This document shows positions 12,221 to 22,842 of a stretch of DNA of 64,000 nucleotides, in pieces. Origin of the DNA: Dicyema japonicum (taxonomy: Eukaryota > Animalia > Dicyemida); assembly GCA_011109175.1 (NCBI GenBank), contig RDEW01000060.1, forward strand, positions 188,432 through 252,431. Reading direction: 5' to 3'. A model generated the notes under the pieces. It was not told the DNA's origin and made no database searches. It was given only the letters and a program-made list of their open reading frames with translations. Position numbers and translations under genes: made by a program. Position 1 is the first letter of the stretch. Each line of letters begins with the position of its first letter.

Positions 12221-14680
12221 AGTTGAAACACCCCTTATATTTTCCAATTAGTTTTTTAACAAAATTTAATTTCGTTGTGCCGAGAGATGACGTGTCGATG
12301 TGTTTGGTGAAGGTCAAGAGGGTCGTATGTTACGCCAGTAGCATGACCGAGTTGGTGATGGGATTGAGTTTCCATTTATGGTTACGCATGGAACGGAGTT
12401 TGTCAATTTTCTGTTTGTTGTGAAAATTGTTGTATAAGACTTTTCTGGACTTTTATGTAGAATGTTCTTAACGAGCAAGCAGTTCAGATCGTCCAATGAA
12501 GCTTGTAGGCGGTATGAACGCACTGGTCTTTGACTGCGACGATTATATCATCCGCATATGTCGGAATCAGAGTATCGTCACTGGTAGGGAGGGCATATCA
12601 TTTGAATAGGTTGAACAAGTGTGGTGAAGTGGAGATCCTTGAGGGACCCCATTTGGAAGGAACTTGGTCACTGACCTAGTTTTTCCAGCAGTCACTCTTC
12701 CTCTTCTTCCATTTAGGAAATTAGCAATCCAGATTTTCAGGTTGTTTGGCATTTTTGATGTAAAGATCTTCCTTATCAAAAGATTTCTTGGGACAGTGTC
12801 GAAAGCTTTTTCTATATATAACAAATGATTTCTGATGAGGATTGCGTTTTAGGCCAACCTTGATGAAATTTGTAAGGCATGTAAGATGCGTTTCTGTGGA
12901 GTGCCATTTTCTGAATCCGTGTTTAAAAAGTGCGTCAGGAAGGTATGATTTGATTAGTTCAAGAATCAGCTTTTCCAAAATTTTTGATGTAACACATAGG
13001 AGAGATATTGGTTTGTATGAGGTTGATGATCCCTTCGTTGCATGTTTGATAGCTTCCATATGAAAGAAATACAATTTTCGTTGATTGAAAAGTTGAAATT
13101 TTGGTGAGGGCCATGATAGCATAAGGGCAAATGTTTTTCAGAACTATTGCAGGGATTCCGTCTGGACCGCAGGAATAAGTCAACTTTTGACCCTTAACCA
13201 TTTTTTGCGCGTGCTCCACAGAGTGGACAATCGGGAGGTAAATACTAATTTTTTTATTATTTAAATAAATATTTAATTTTTATTAATTCAAATTAATAAA
13301 TAAATTTAAATACTAGTCACGTTTTGTTATATATCATCCATGTTGATTCATAGAAACAGAGAACTACCTAATATACCGTAGCATTGTAAATAAATATATT
13401 AGTGAATCTCCATCAGATATATTGGAAGANATCACGTGTGGCCGGGTTGTTAGCGTCACTAAAGCTTCTAAATGTTTTCCACATTTTTGTAAGGGAGTTC
13501 TGCTTGTTTAAATTGGACAGTAGGTTTTTCCAAACTTTCTCTTGTTTCTTCTTTGCATTGTTCCTGATCTCTCTTTCTAATGTACGAATTCTCAATCTTG
13601 TTTCCCAGGATTGTTTTTGGAGGCTTTTTTAATTTCTTTTTTATGAGTGGATCGACTGTGGGGAAAAATTCTTTCTTGAGGTCAGTGGCTTTCTTTTAAT
13701 ACAAATTTTCATTCCCTCAAGTACCACTCTATTAAAATAGTGTAGTGCTTTATCGATGGAGTTGAAATTGGATAAATGAAAGTCAAGAAGATAATAGTCG
13801 ACAAAATTTAAGAACTTTTCCCAGTCGACATTTATGTAGTCGGTATATAAAACAGGTTTCTTTACAATTGACACTCTTCCTTCAAACGTAGTCATAACGG
13901 GATTATGGTAACTGCTAATCTCGTATAGCAGTGTCCATTTTGTTAATGTTGCGATGTTTGGTGAGGCAAGAGTGAGATCGGGGGACGATGTCCTGTCATT
14001 CGCTCTGTAGGGAGTCCTTGTATTGAATGTAGGGTTGTTTAATATTATCAGGTCATCCAGATTCGATAACAATTGGTTTCCTATGACATCGCATGGTTGG
14101 TTCTTGAACCATGTCGGATGCTTCGCATTTAGGTCTCCACAAAGTAACATATTTTTGATTTGTCGATGTCTGACAGGGAGAACCTGAATTCCTTGGAGCA
14201 TGAGTTGGGCGGTGGCACATACACATTAAATATGTTTATGTTTCCGATGCTTGTCTTGACTGAAATACCAATATATTCGACGGGAGACTTGAGGTTAACA
14301 AAAGTTTCGTTTGCGTACGGAATTTCTTTTTTGATAAGGGCATGCAGTCCACCACTCCGCCCAGCTGGGCGGTCGCGCCTGATGACGTGATAGTTTGGGA
14401 AGACGGGAGTGGGAGAAGACGGAGTCAGTCTTGTTTCTTGGAGTAAACAAATGCCAATATTATACCTTTTTAGGAGTTTTCTGAGTTCGAGGATCTTCCC
14501 TTTCACTCCATTTATGATTAGTTGAATCAAAATAATGGGTTTTCGAGGTCCAGGATTGGGGTTCACATCGTTGGCAAGCATTAGGTGGGCTTCCATCAAG
14601 GCAGCAATATCTTCCTACCAATAAGCAATGATGCAACCATTTTGGCTTCAAAGTAGAGAATTTGTCGGTTTTGGACAATA
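12221..14680 (-). mobile_element. Degenerate APE-type non-LTR retrotransposon: 2A-like motif, APE endonuclease, reverse transcriptase
   Basis: DVNPNPGP; LLQETRL, NVYVPP, GDLNAKHPTW, SSPDLTL, SYHNP (APE); GPDGIP, YKPISLL, HGFRK, KAFDTV, GVPQGS, YADD (RT); many frameshifts and an N join at 13429. Confidence 0.9.
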
Positions 14681-15109
14681 TGTTTATTCTACGAATTTAT
14701 ATATGATAGTTTCACGTGCATAAATTAGGAACTAACCTTTTCTGTGAGGACAGTGATTTTGTTTTGTTTGTCCTTAATCAATAGTTGATAAATGCTGTAA
14801 TCCCTGATATTCCAACTATAATATCTCACATAATCAACCATTCAGCTACTTCTGATATAAGGCTTTTTATTGATTTATTCTGTAAATCTCATTAAAATTG
14901 GCATACGTCATTTATTACTATGAATAATGTCGGTTGGTCGGGACAATGAATTTCCAACTTTTTAATCTGACAATCTGCCATTAATCCCTCCTAATATTTT
15001 ATTTTTTTATTTTTTGTTTTTTTAATTTATATATTAAATAAATAACATTTTTGTCAAATAATCAGTTAATTTATCCCAGTAAAGCATATATAAAACTGCC
15101 ATCCATCCA

Positions 15110-15312
15110 AACTGGACCCGCCGACATTATCGACGTTGCGTTGCTTCTCACAATTGCAACAGAGGTCAACTGAAGTAGCTATCGGGTCTCACGTGCGTCG
15201 TGGCTTTTTAGTGTAGCTAGGCGTCCAATTTTCTTTAGAATGCGAAGCGATTTTCCACTTATTCCTTCAGTTGTCTCGACCACTATCGGATAAAACGCGA
15301 ATCGGTCGCGTA
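15110..15312 (-). mobile_element. CRE-like retrotransposon 3' fragment
   Basis: LRDRFAFYPIVVETTEGISGKSLRILKKIGRLA...SVAIVRSNATSI; close copy at 47876-48078. Confidence 0.7.
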
Positions 15313-15421
15313 GAATGTATGCTTTCCAGTCACCACGTGGATATACATTCGCATTGAATATTAAAATTTCACATAAAGTGAATGTATGCTTTCCAGTCAC
15401 CACGTGGATATACATTCGCAT
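15313..15421. repeat. Two identical 41-bp direct repeats with a 27-bp spacer
   Basis: aatgtatgctttccagtcaccacgtggatatacattcgcat at 15313 and 15381. Confidence 0.9.
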
Positions 15422-15619
15422 CTCCACAGTATGACAATCGTCCTCTCCACTATTCCTATTGACCACCAGAAGACTGGTACTCTTCTCTTGTCCGGGTCCA
15501 TCTTCAAGTTCTCTTGGTCGTACCGTACTTGTTAGCCACTATTTCCTTTCCTCGAGAGGATGGGGGTAAATAAAAAATATGATCTCCGTCACCAAACAAG
15601 AGCATGAAAATTATCAATG

Positions 15620-16320
15620 CAATCATTCTAAATGATTTTCATTCATAGTTTAGACCACATTGGTCTTATTAAAGTTCCACCGTTCGAGCATGTTCAACAA
15701 AACCATCTTCCTGGTCATGAAAAATATGAAAACCCGAGATGACTGCAATTTGTTAGTCGCATCAATAAGAAAAGCTCCTATTTCTGGAAAACGCAAAAAC
15801 GAATCAAATTGGAGGATGCAGCACACAAATTTTCAAATTGGCAGTAAGCTACGATACCATACAAAAAAGTTGGATGAATTTACTCATTACATTTTGTTAA
15901 CTTACATCCTGTTAAAGTAATCTTGACGATTATCCCTTCTCTTCCGCAGTCTGAATTCCAACATAGTTTTTGTTACTTAAAATCAAAAATTGTGGGTTTA
16001 ATGAGGCCCACCTGTGAGCAGTGATAGTTTTTTGCATCAAACATTTATCCAAACTTACGTTGCTGTTCACCAAAATTTTCAGTACGACGTTTAAAGGTTT
16101 GCAGCACCCATATCAGATCAAGATCAGATTATTACCAAACTGAGTACCTCATGAATTCGCAATGGCGCCAAAATCAACATGAGCACTATCACTTTGGATT
16201 GGAGATGTTAAGAAGAACCTAGAATCTTCATTGGCCCCGTGCGAGTGCGAGTACCCACAACAAGTTATCTATTTGGTCAACTATCCGCAAAGTGGGGAGT
16301 GCAAATTTCTATAACAATCT
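15620..16320 (+). mobile_element. Possible Sola-like DNA transposase remnant
   Basis: Fragments resembling TC..CD and ITLD...NL..P....Y..KL...N; decayed and runs into a gap. Confidence 0.3.
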
Positions 16321-16322
16321 AA

Positions 16323-16663
16323 NNNNNNNNNNNNNNNNNNNNNNNNNNNNNNNNNNNNNNNNNNNNNNNNNNNNNNNNNNNNNNNNNNNNNNNNNNNNNN
16401 NNNNNNNNNNNNNNNNNNNNNNNNNNNNNNNNNNNNNNNNNNNNNNNNNNNNNNNNNNNNNNNNNNNNNNNNNNNNNNNNNNNNNNNNNNNNNNNNNNNN
16501 NNNNNNNNNNNNNNNNNNNNNNNNNNNNNNNNNNNNNNNNNNNNNNNNNNNNNNNNNNNNNNNNNNNNNNNNNNNNNNNNNNNNNNNNNNNNNNNNNNNN
16601 NNNNNNNNNNNNNNNNNNNNNNNNNNNNNNNNNNNNNNNNNNNNNNNNNNNNNNNNNNNNNNN
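16323..16663. other. Assembly gap
   Basis: Run of N. Confidence 1.
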
Positions 16664-17640
16664 GATTAAGAATCAGTTTTTCCAATAATTTTGAGTTCAT
16701 AGTAAAGAGATTGGTCAAAATGATGCAGGATTGTACTTAGGGTTAAAGAATGGCGTATATAGGACAGTTTCCAACTTGTTGAAATTGTATTCATATTTAT
16801 TAAATAGTTGAAAATCACTGTGATTGCATCATCCCAATAGGTCCAAGGTGTTTTAGTAAAATACCAGGGATAGAATCAGGCACATATGAGATGGAAGAAT
16901 TCACCCTCTTTAAACTTTCACTGACATCTGAATCTAAGATGATTTCATATTTGACCAAATTGTTTAATTTCTCTCCATATCGCCTGAGCTGATTTCTTAA
17001 ATTGAAAGGAAGATACTATAGTTTGTCCCATTTGTTGACTTCAGTATTTCTAATCCTTTTTGATATTTCGTCATTGAGAGTTTTTGTTTGATTTTTCTGT
17101 CCTGGAAAAGAAAGTACGAAATGAGAATAACTTCGTTCAAAAAGTTAATAGCATATATATTGAGGAGAATATTTTCATGTCAAAGTTTAGTAGAGATTGA
17201 TCGATGTATTTTGAATAGTCATTCCATTTTGCTTTTTAATAGTTGAAAAATAGAACAGTCTCTTTTTTGTGGTAAAAAACTTTTTTGATTCGAATAATGA
17301 TTGGATTGTGGTCGGAAGATAATCCATAATGTATCCGGTGCAAGGTTTAAGGAACAGAAGGTAATGTCTGGGAACGCTGATGCTTCCTTTTTTTTGTAAA
17401 GAGTCCTAGTGTGCTTCCCGGGGTTGTTGAGGATAGTCAGAGAGGTGAGTTGGTTTAAGAAGGATAATCTATTGAAACTGCTGGAGGTGATTTTAACTAG
17501 GCTGGATGTTTAGCATTAAAATCTTTATAAAAAGGGGACACAAGGCTGTAATCAGTGGTTTTGCTACAAGTGGTTGGTTGGTAGGAAGATTGAGGCTAGG
17601 CGTACTTATTACGCAAAATATCAACTTAACTTCATGGTGG
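16664..17640 (-). mobile_element. APE-RT LINE remnant
   Basis: YVPS, DLNAKHP, TILNNP...TR, PDITF, SDH.P, SHVPDSIPGILLK, SKLLEKLIL in broken frames. Confidence 0.75.
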
Positions 17641-17759
17641 ATGAAAGCCTTGTATTCTCGTGAAACGGATCAAGTGAAGGACTCATAAGACATCAGAAAC
17701 CAAGGAAGTTAATATAAGTAGTTATAGTTAATATAAGTAGCCAATATCATGCTTATCAG

Positions 17760-18810
17760 TTAAATTAGATTATCTTTATTCCCAAAAGACAAATTATCCA
17801 ACTTATTAGTACCCCCTATCTGGCAGATCGCTTTTCGTTTTAAAAAAGGATAATTGGTGTAAAATATTATTCCATTTCTTAGCAGAAGTGTTCCTCTGTA
17901 TTGTAGGAAGTTACCAATGTAGTATACGTTTCTCATATCGTATTTGCTTTGATATCTCTCACATGTGGATTTGAGAAATTCTAGTTCAGACATATTTTCT
18001 ATATTCGCTAGTATCCACTCATTTTTTTTACACTCTTGTCTTTAATCTTCGATACTTCTCGTTATCTGCAAAATGAAGATACACCTTGATCCAATACAAT
18101 AAGAATTATCTACTTTATAGTGACTCTTACCTTTTGGATTCGGAGTCGTTCTAAAATAACCTCAAAAATACCTTGGGGGTAGATCCAAATTCTGGATGTA
18201 GTGAAAAGGTTGAGAATCAGATCTACTCTGGAATTCTATCATTCAATATTATGAATACTCTGACAGATGGGGTAACATTCCATAAAGCAATCATTTAATG
18301 TTATAACCCCATTTCTAGTATATGCACATCTACCGGTGTGACTGAGATGGTGGTAACATTTACCAGAGTTGATTAAATCTGAAATGAAGTACTATACTTA
18401 CTGCGTAATGTTCTCAAAACAATGTAATCGATGTCCGCCAATTTCCACCCGGGGATTCTTGAACAGATTTTTTCCACTTCTTCGTGAAAAGCCGAGTAGT
18501 TGAAAATGGCATAGCATATCCCCTTACTGCATCTCTGGGGACCTGATTTTACTTAGAAGGCAAAGTATCATTTTTCACGTAAAAACAGTGCCAGTTATCT
18601 GTGTCCAATTGAAGGATATTTCTTATCGTATCTATTGAATAAATGTTATTTTGAATTCCTGGATTTTATATAAGAACCCACATGACCCGTTAAAATTTAA
18701 GACCGCAGACATTATGCAGTTCTGGCAAAAGGTAACGTGTCTAAGGCCGAGCAGGTGGAAAAGTTCTTGGACTAGACTAATTGCATTCTGTTGCAACTTG
18801 CGGGTTGTCT
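17760..18810 (-). pseudogene. Disrupted gene: reprolysin (M12B)-like zinc-site region plus two C-type-lectin-like domains, with tiny introns
   Basis: Spliced reading QELFHLLGLRH..CQNCIMS (18769-18710), then CSKGICYAIF..EEVEKICS..GWKLADI..C..DC..C.PICQ and CIGSRCIFI..ED*RQECKK..WILANIEN.SELEFL..YYIG..AICQ; 21-23 nt GT-AG introns; one in-frame TAA and a probable frameshift. Confidence 0.6.
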
Positions 18811-18851
18811 AAAATAAGGCTGATTGTCATTTCATATGACTTATATATGAT

Positions 18852-19620
18852 TCTTAATGATATGCCCTCTCATACCTATTCTTTAATGATTATGACCTAT
18901 TCTTTAATGATATGCCCTCTCATACCAGTGACGATACTCTGGTTTTGACATATGCTGATGATATAATCGTCGCAGTCAAAGACCAGTGCGTTAATACTGC
19001 TGTTTACCGGATCAAAGCTTTATTGGACGATCTGAACTGTTGGCTCGTTAAGAACATTTTACATACAAGTCCCGAAAAGTCTTATACAACAATTTTCGCA
19101 ACAAACAGAAGATTAACAAACTCCGCTCCATGTGTAACCATAAATGGAACTCAATCCCCACGACCAACTCGGTCAAGATACTGGGCGTAACTTACGACCG
19201 ACTCTTGACCTTTAGCAAACACATCGACAACGTCATCTCTTAGGCACAACGAAAGCTAAATTTTGTTAAAACACTCCTTGGACAATATAATGGGTGTTTC
19301 AACTCAAATTTAGACTCGCTCTACGTGCAGTATATTCAACCGTCTCTAACTTACGGGTGTACTGCATGGGGAACCAACCTATCAAACAGGAATATAGAAA
19401 AAATCAAAATCTCTTAAAAAATGGCCTTAAGGCTTTGCAAAGGTTTTTTTGGAAACCTCTAAACCCTACACCCTTTGAGGAATTAGTGAGGAAAACCGGA
19501 GCCTTACTACCCTCCAAAAAAGTTAGAAACCCTCGCCCAATCTGGAACTGCGTAGGAACCCAGCAAGAACATAGCAAGAATGAGATGGCTACTCGAGGCG
19601 GCTGGAATCACCTGACGGCT
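18852..19620 (+). mobile_element. 5'-truncated APE-type LINE (RT 3' half, AGIT* family)
   Basis: LTYADDII; ILGVTYD..LTF.KH; very similar to 12221-12600; ends GCT GGA ATC ACC TGA. Confidence 0.85.
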
Positions 19621-19811
19621 ATGTAGTTAATTAATTTGTCGGTGACTTTTGGTTTTTAATAATAATTTGATGTGAGTTGTTTAAAAAAAGTAAGCACTAC
19701 CACGTTGCCATAAGCACGTAAAATGCCTAGGGTTTCGCTCGTGCATAACACATACTTTATTTAAGTAAAGAACAGCTACTATAACTAATCGTAGAGGGAG
19801 AACCAAGGAAT

Positions 19812-20085
19812 GTTTTTGCGACCAATGCGATCTCGATGAAGAAAACAATGCGTGTGAACAATGTTCGGGTTCTTATTTTTCGCAACAGAAACAAAGCCTT
19901 TACATTGCCCAGTCATTGCTGGAGCACCATCAGTGCTGATACCCACACATTTATTCCAATCCAACTTTATATCCTCAAAATATGAATTTATAAGATTGGA
20001 AATGTCAAATCCCCTTGAAAATTTATTCTTTTGAAAAAAAGAATAATTTTTTTGGAACTTCGCGGAACCCAGGTGGGAACCTCTG
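19812..20085 (-). mobile_element. hAT Buster/Charlie-type element: terminus plus internal transposase fragment
   Basis: End cagaggttcccacctgggttccgcg; LDWNKCVGI(S/C)TDGAPA.TG..KGF....KN.NIVHTHCFLHR; second copy 23464-23735 (+). Confidence 0.7.
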
Positions 20086-20235
20086 TTTTAGAGTCTCACC
20101 TGAAACTATAGCAGAAAGATAAAACTAGCTTAATTAATAAATGTGACCGGTTGAATACGAGCCCAGGTTGAATACGAGCCGTTGAAAACGTTATAAAGCC
20201 GTTAGAAATCAATAATTTTTAATGAAAAATAAATC

Positions 20236-20535
20236 CTCACCTGGGATGACCTAGTGACTGTACATTCGTTGAAATATGACAGATCTTTGTATATAAGTGA
20301 AAGAACGTATGCGTATGTTCAATCGCTGGTAATCAAGAAGACTTTGGAGAGTATGATTGTATCATGTAGGCACCAAGTCGACGTTTCGCGGCGTTTTGAT
20401 AAACTTAATGAAGGAATAAAGGATTTTTACTCTCCGTCTGATTATGAAGTAATTCAAGAGAAGAGTGTGAGCGAAGTGATGTCAAGATATATTGAGGAAA
20501 AGGAAAATGACCGACAATTGGGTTTACTCCCATAG
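20236..20535 (+). mobile_element. R4/Dong-like RLE retrotransposon 3' fragment
   Basis: LTWD.LVT.HS.KY.RSLYISERTYAYVQSLVIKKTLESM; second copy at 23020-23315 (-). Confidence 0.7.
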
Positions 20536-20755
20536 TTACTCGAAAAAGGAAACGAATTGGATAGAGAACATCTTAATTAGAATTAACCTATTAATTATTT
20601 TTAGTGTAAAAAAAATTAAAATTATAAAACGTATAAAATTATTATTATATATGATTTATGGATGATTTTAATTATATTGAAAATTAAATTAAAAATCAGT
20701 TAACATCATGAAATAAATAAAATACTTTACGATAAAAATTTATTTTATTGTTAAA

Positions 20756-21012
20756 ATGCCCGGTGGTGTGACGTAAAAATTCATAAAAATAATTTTAGAG
20801 ATACTAATGGAAGTCCAGTGAAGAATCAATCGTTTGAGAGGAGACAAAGTGCAGAGAAAAAGTTCTTCGATTCAGGAGATTACAACATGGCCATGTCTAA
20901 GGTACAACCAGAAATGGACAGGGACTCGTTTTTGAAGAATTCGACTGGATCTCAGCATGCCACCCTTGAAAATATCCCTCACAACTCTTCCTGGAAATCT
21001 CCTTCCAGTTAG
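20756..21012 (+). CDS. ENSA: Endosulfine/ARPP19-family PP2A-B55 inhibitor (Greatwall substrate), about 76 aa
   Basis: Exon 20756-20772, 26-nt GT-AG intron 20773-20798, exon 20799-21012; MPGGVTDTNGSPVKNQSFERRQSAEKKFFDSGDYNMA...TG..HAT.ENIP; FDSGDY signature. Confidence 0.9.
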
Positions 21013-21951
21013 AATATTTGAAAGCTTTTATGCTTATTTTGCTTTAATGTGCTTTGCTTAATAAAATTTGTTGTTTACTATTCAACTTATAAAGTTATCT
21101 TAACTTTGTTTTTTCAGTAAACACTATGATTTGGTCTTATAGACGACTATAATGTTGTGTCTTTAATATAAATAATATTCTCTAATAGTGTAACGAACAT
21201 TGAGCTTTGATCATTTACTTTTTTGTCTTAAATGCAATAACAGTGCCTTTAATAGACAAATCAGATATTCCTTATAAGATATTAATTGCTATTACAGCTA
21301 TTCATTATAGTAGATTAGAACTGCCAACTCATCCTCCATATCCAACTTATGCCACTTTATAAGGTGGTTAAAATAAAGAAGAACTCTATCTGATACCTTG
21401 ATTCCATGTTTATGTACAACCACTATCGTTTATTCATTAATACTTATAATTCTTGAGGTACTTTGAGACAACTACATCTCAGGTCTTAACCATAGAAGTA
21501 AATAAGAGTCGTAAATAAGCGAGAGTCCTCCAATAAAAATTCATACTTGTAACATTCAACCCTGTTTTATATAATCCTGTGACGTAATTTCAATGAGGGA
21601 TATCTCATTTGTAATCCTATTATATACGAATATTTCTATTTTCAATACATTATATGCAATATTGATGTAATGACTGAATGTTCCTTTCTACTTTTTTGAT
21701 TTTCTGCATACTCAAACACTCCACAACATTAAGTGAAAAGGTATAACGGGAATTTGTCAAAAATAGCTCAAAATTATGGAGTTTTATAATTTATTGTAAA
21801 TTCATATTTTAGTTAAATCGATTTAAAACGTAAATTTTAAAGTTCAAAAACATAGCTTTGGGGTCAAAGATTATAAGTCGAATACAAAGATAAATTTTAT
21901 TACTTTAGATTATTAAATTAATAACGAGTAAATTAATTAATTAAGCGTATT

Positions 21952-22842
21952 TTAATCCAGATTGTTGGTAATCCCTCTTCTTCTCGTAGAAGAAGAGTGT
22001 GCCATAACCTCCCTGTTACTCCGCATCTCCACATCAGATTCAGTCAAAATATCTCCGTTAGAGTCTAGTGGGCTGTCCCCACGGCATGCCAGTTCCACAA
22101 GTTGGGAGGTATCAGAGGCGTACTCTTCATCGTATACCTTCATCCCATGCTTATGTTCAATGAGCATACTTTCGAGCGTTCTTTTCAGCACAACCGATTG
22201 GATGTAAGTCCTCGTGGATTCTTCAATAGATAATTTATCCATATGATTCTTAAAGCATCTTGAAACAACTCCATCCCATGTCAAAACCACTGGAATAATC
22301 TTCACTTGGCATTCATAGAGCAGCGATAGTTCATTTGCAGGCAAGTCATATTTGTGAAGTTACTCAACTTCAACTTGCTTTAGTCGGTCTTGTGAGGTAA
22401 ACCCCACTTCAATTAAAGTTACTTCTTTCTTTGTTTTGTCATGCACAAAAATATCAGGTTTATTTTATTGTAATTTTAATTCTGTCAAAATCGACGTGTC
22501 AACTCTAATTTCGACGTTTTGATTAGTCAATATTGACTGAAGCGAATGTCCTTTCAATTTCCTGCTTTTTTTGATTCCATAAATTCGACAAAGATGAAGA
22601 TGGATGCACTTCAAAACTTCATTATTTCTTCGGAGATAATCACTATTTAGCATTTTTCCACACTGAGTGGCCAAATGATCAACAGTTTTCTTGCTTTTTT
22701 TACAATGGTTGCATAATGACCCTGTGTGTGCAAAAAACAAATTCCTATTTTGCAAAAGACAGTACAATGCTTTGCTCCGTGGGCCGTTATTTCCTTTGGA
22801 TAACCATTCTGAGGAAGTATATAGGTCGATATTTGTTTTCAT
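21952..22842 (-). mobile_element. R4/Dong-like RLE retrotransposon 3' part (CCHC knuckle plus PD-(D/E)xK endonuclease)
   Basis: CNHC...TVDHLATQC...YLRRNNEV; KPDIF.HDK...TLIEVG.TS...KYDL.ANEL..IIPVVLTWDG; internal stops. Confidence 0.85.

Larger units (their letters stand above)
19214..20713 (+). repeat. Left arm of a >=1.5 kb inverted duplication
   Basis: Reverse complement of 22837-24334 with scattered substitutions; ORFs 19294+ and 23922- are nearly identical. Confidence 0.95.

Noticed and set aside
15313-15421. Mini-CRISPR (41-bp hairpin repeats with a 27-bp spacer)
   Set aside because: Only two repeats, at a TE junction, with no cas genes
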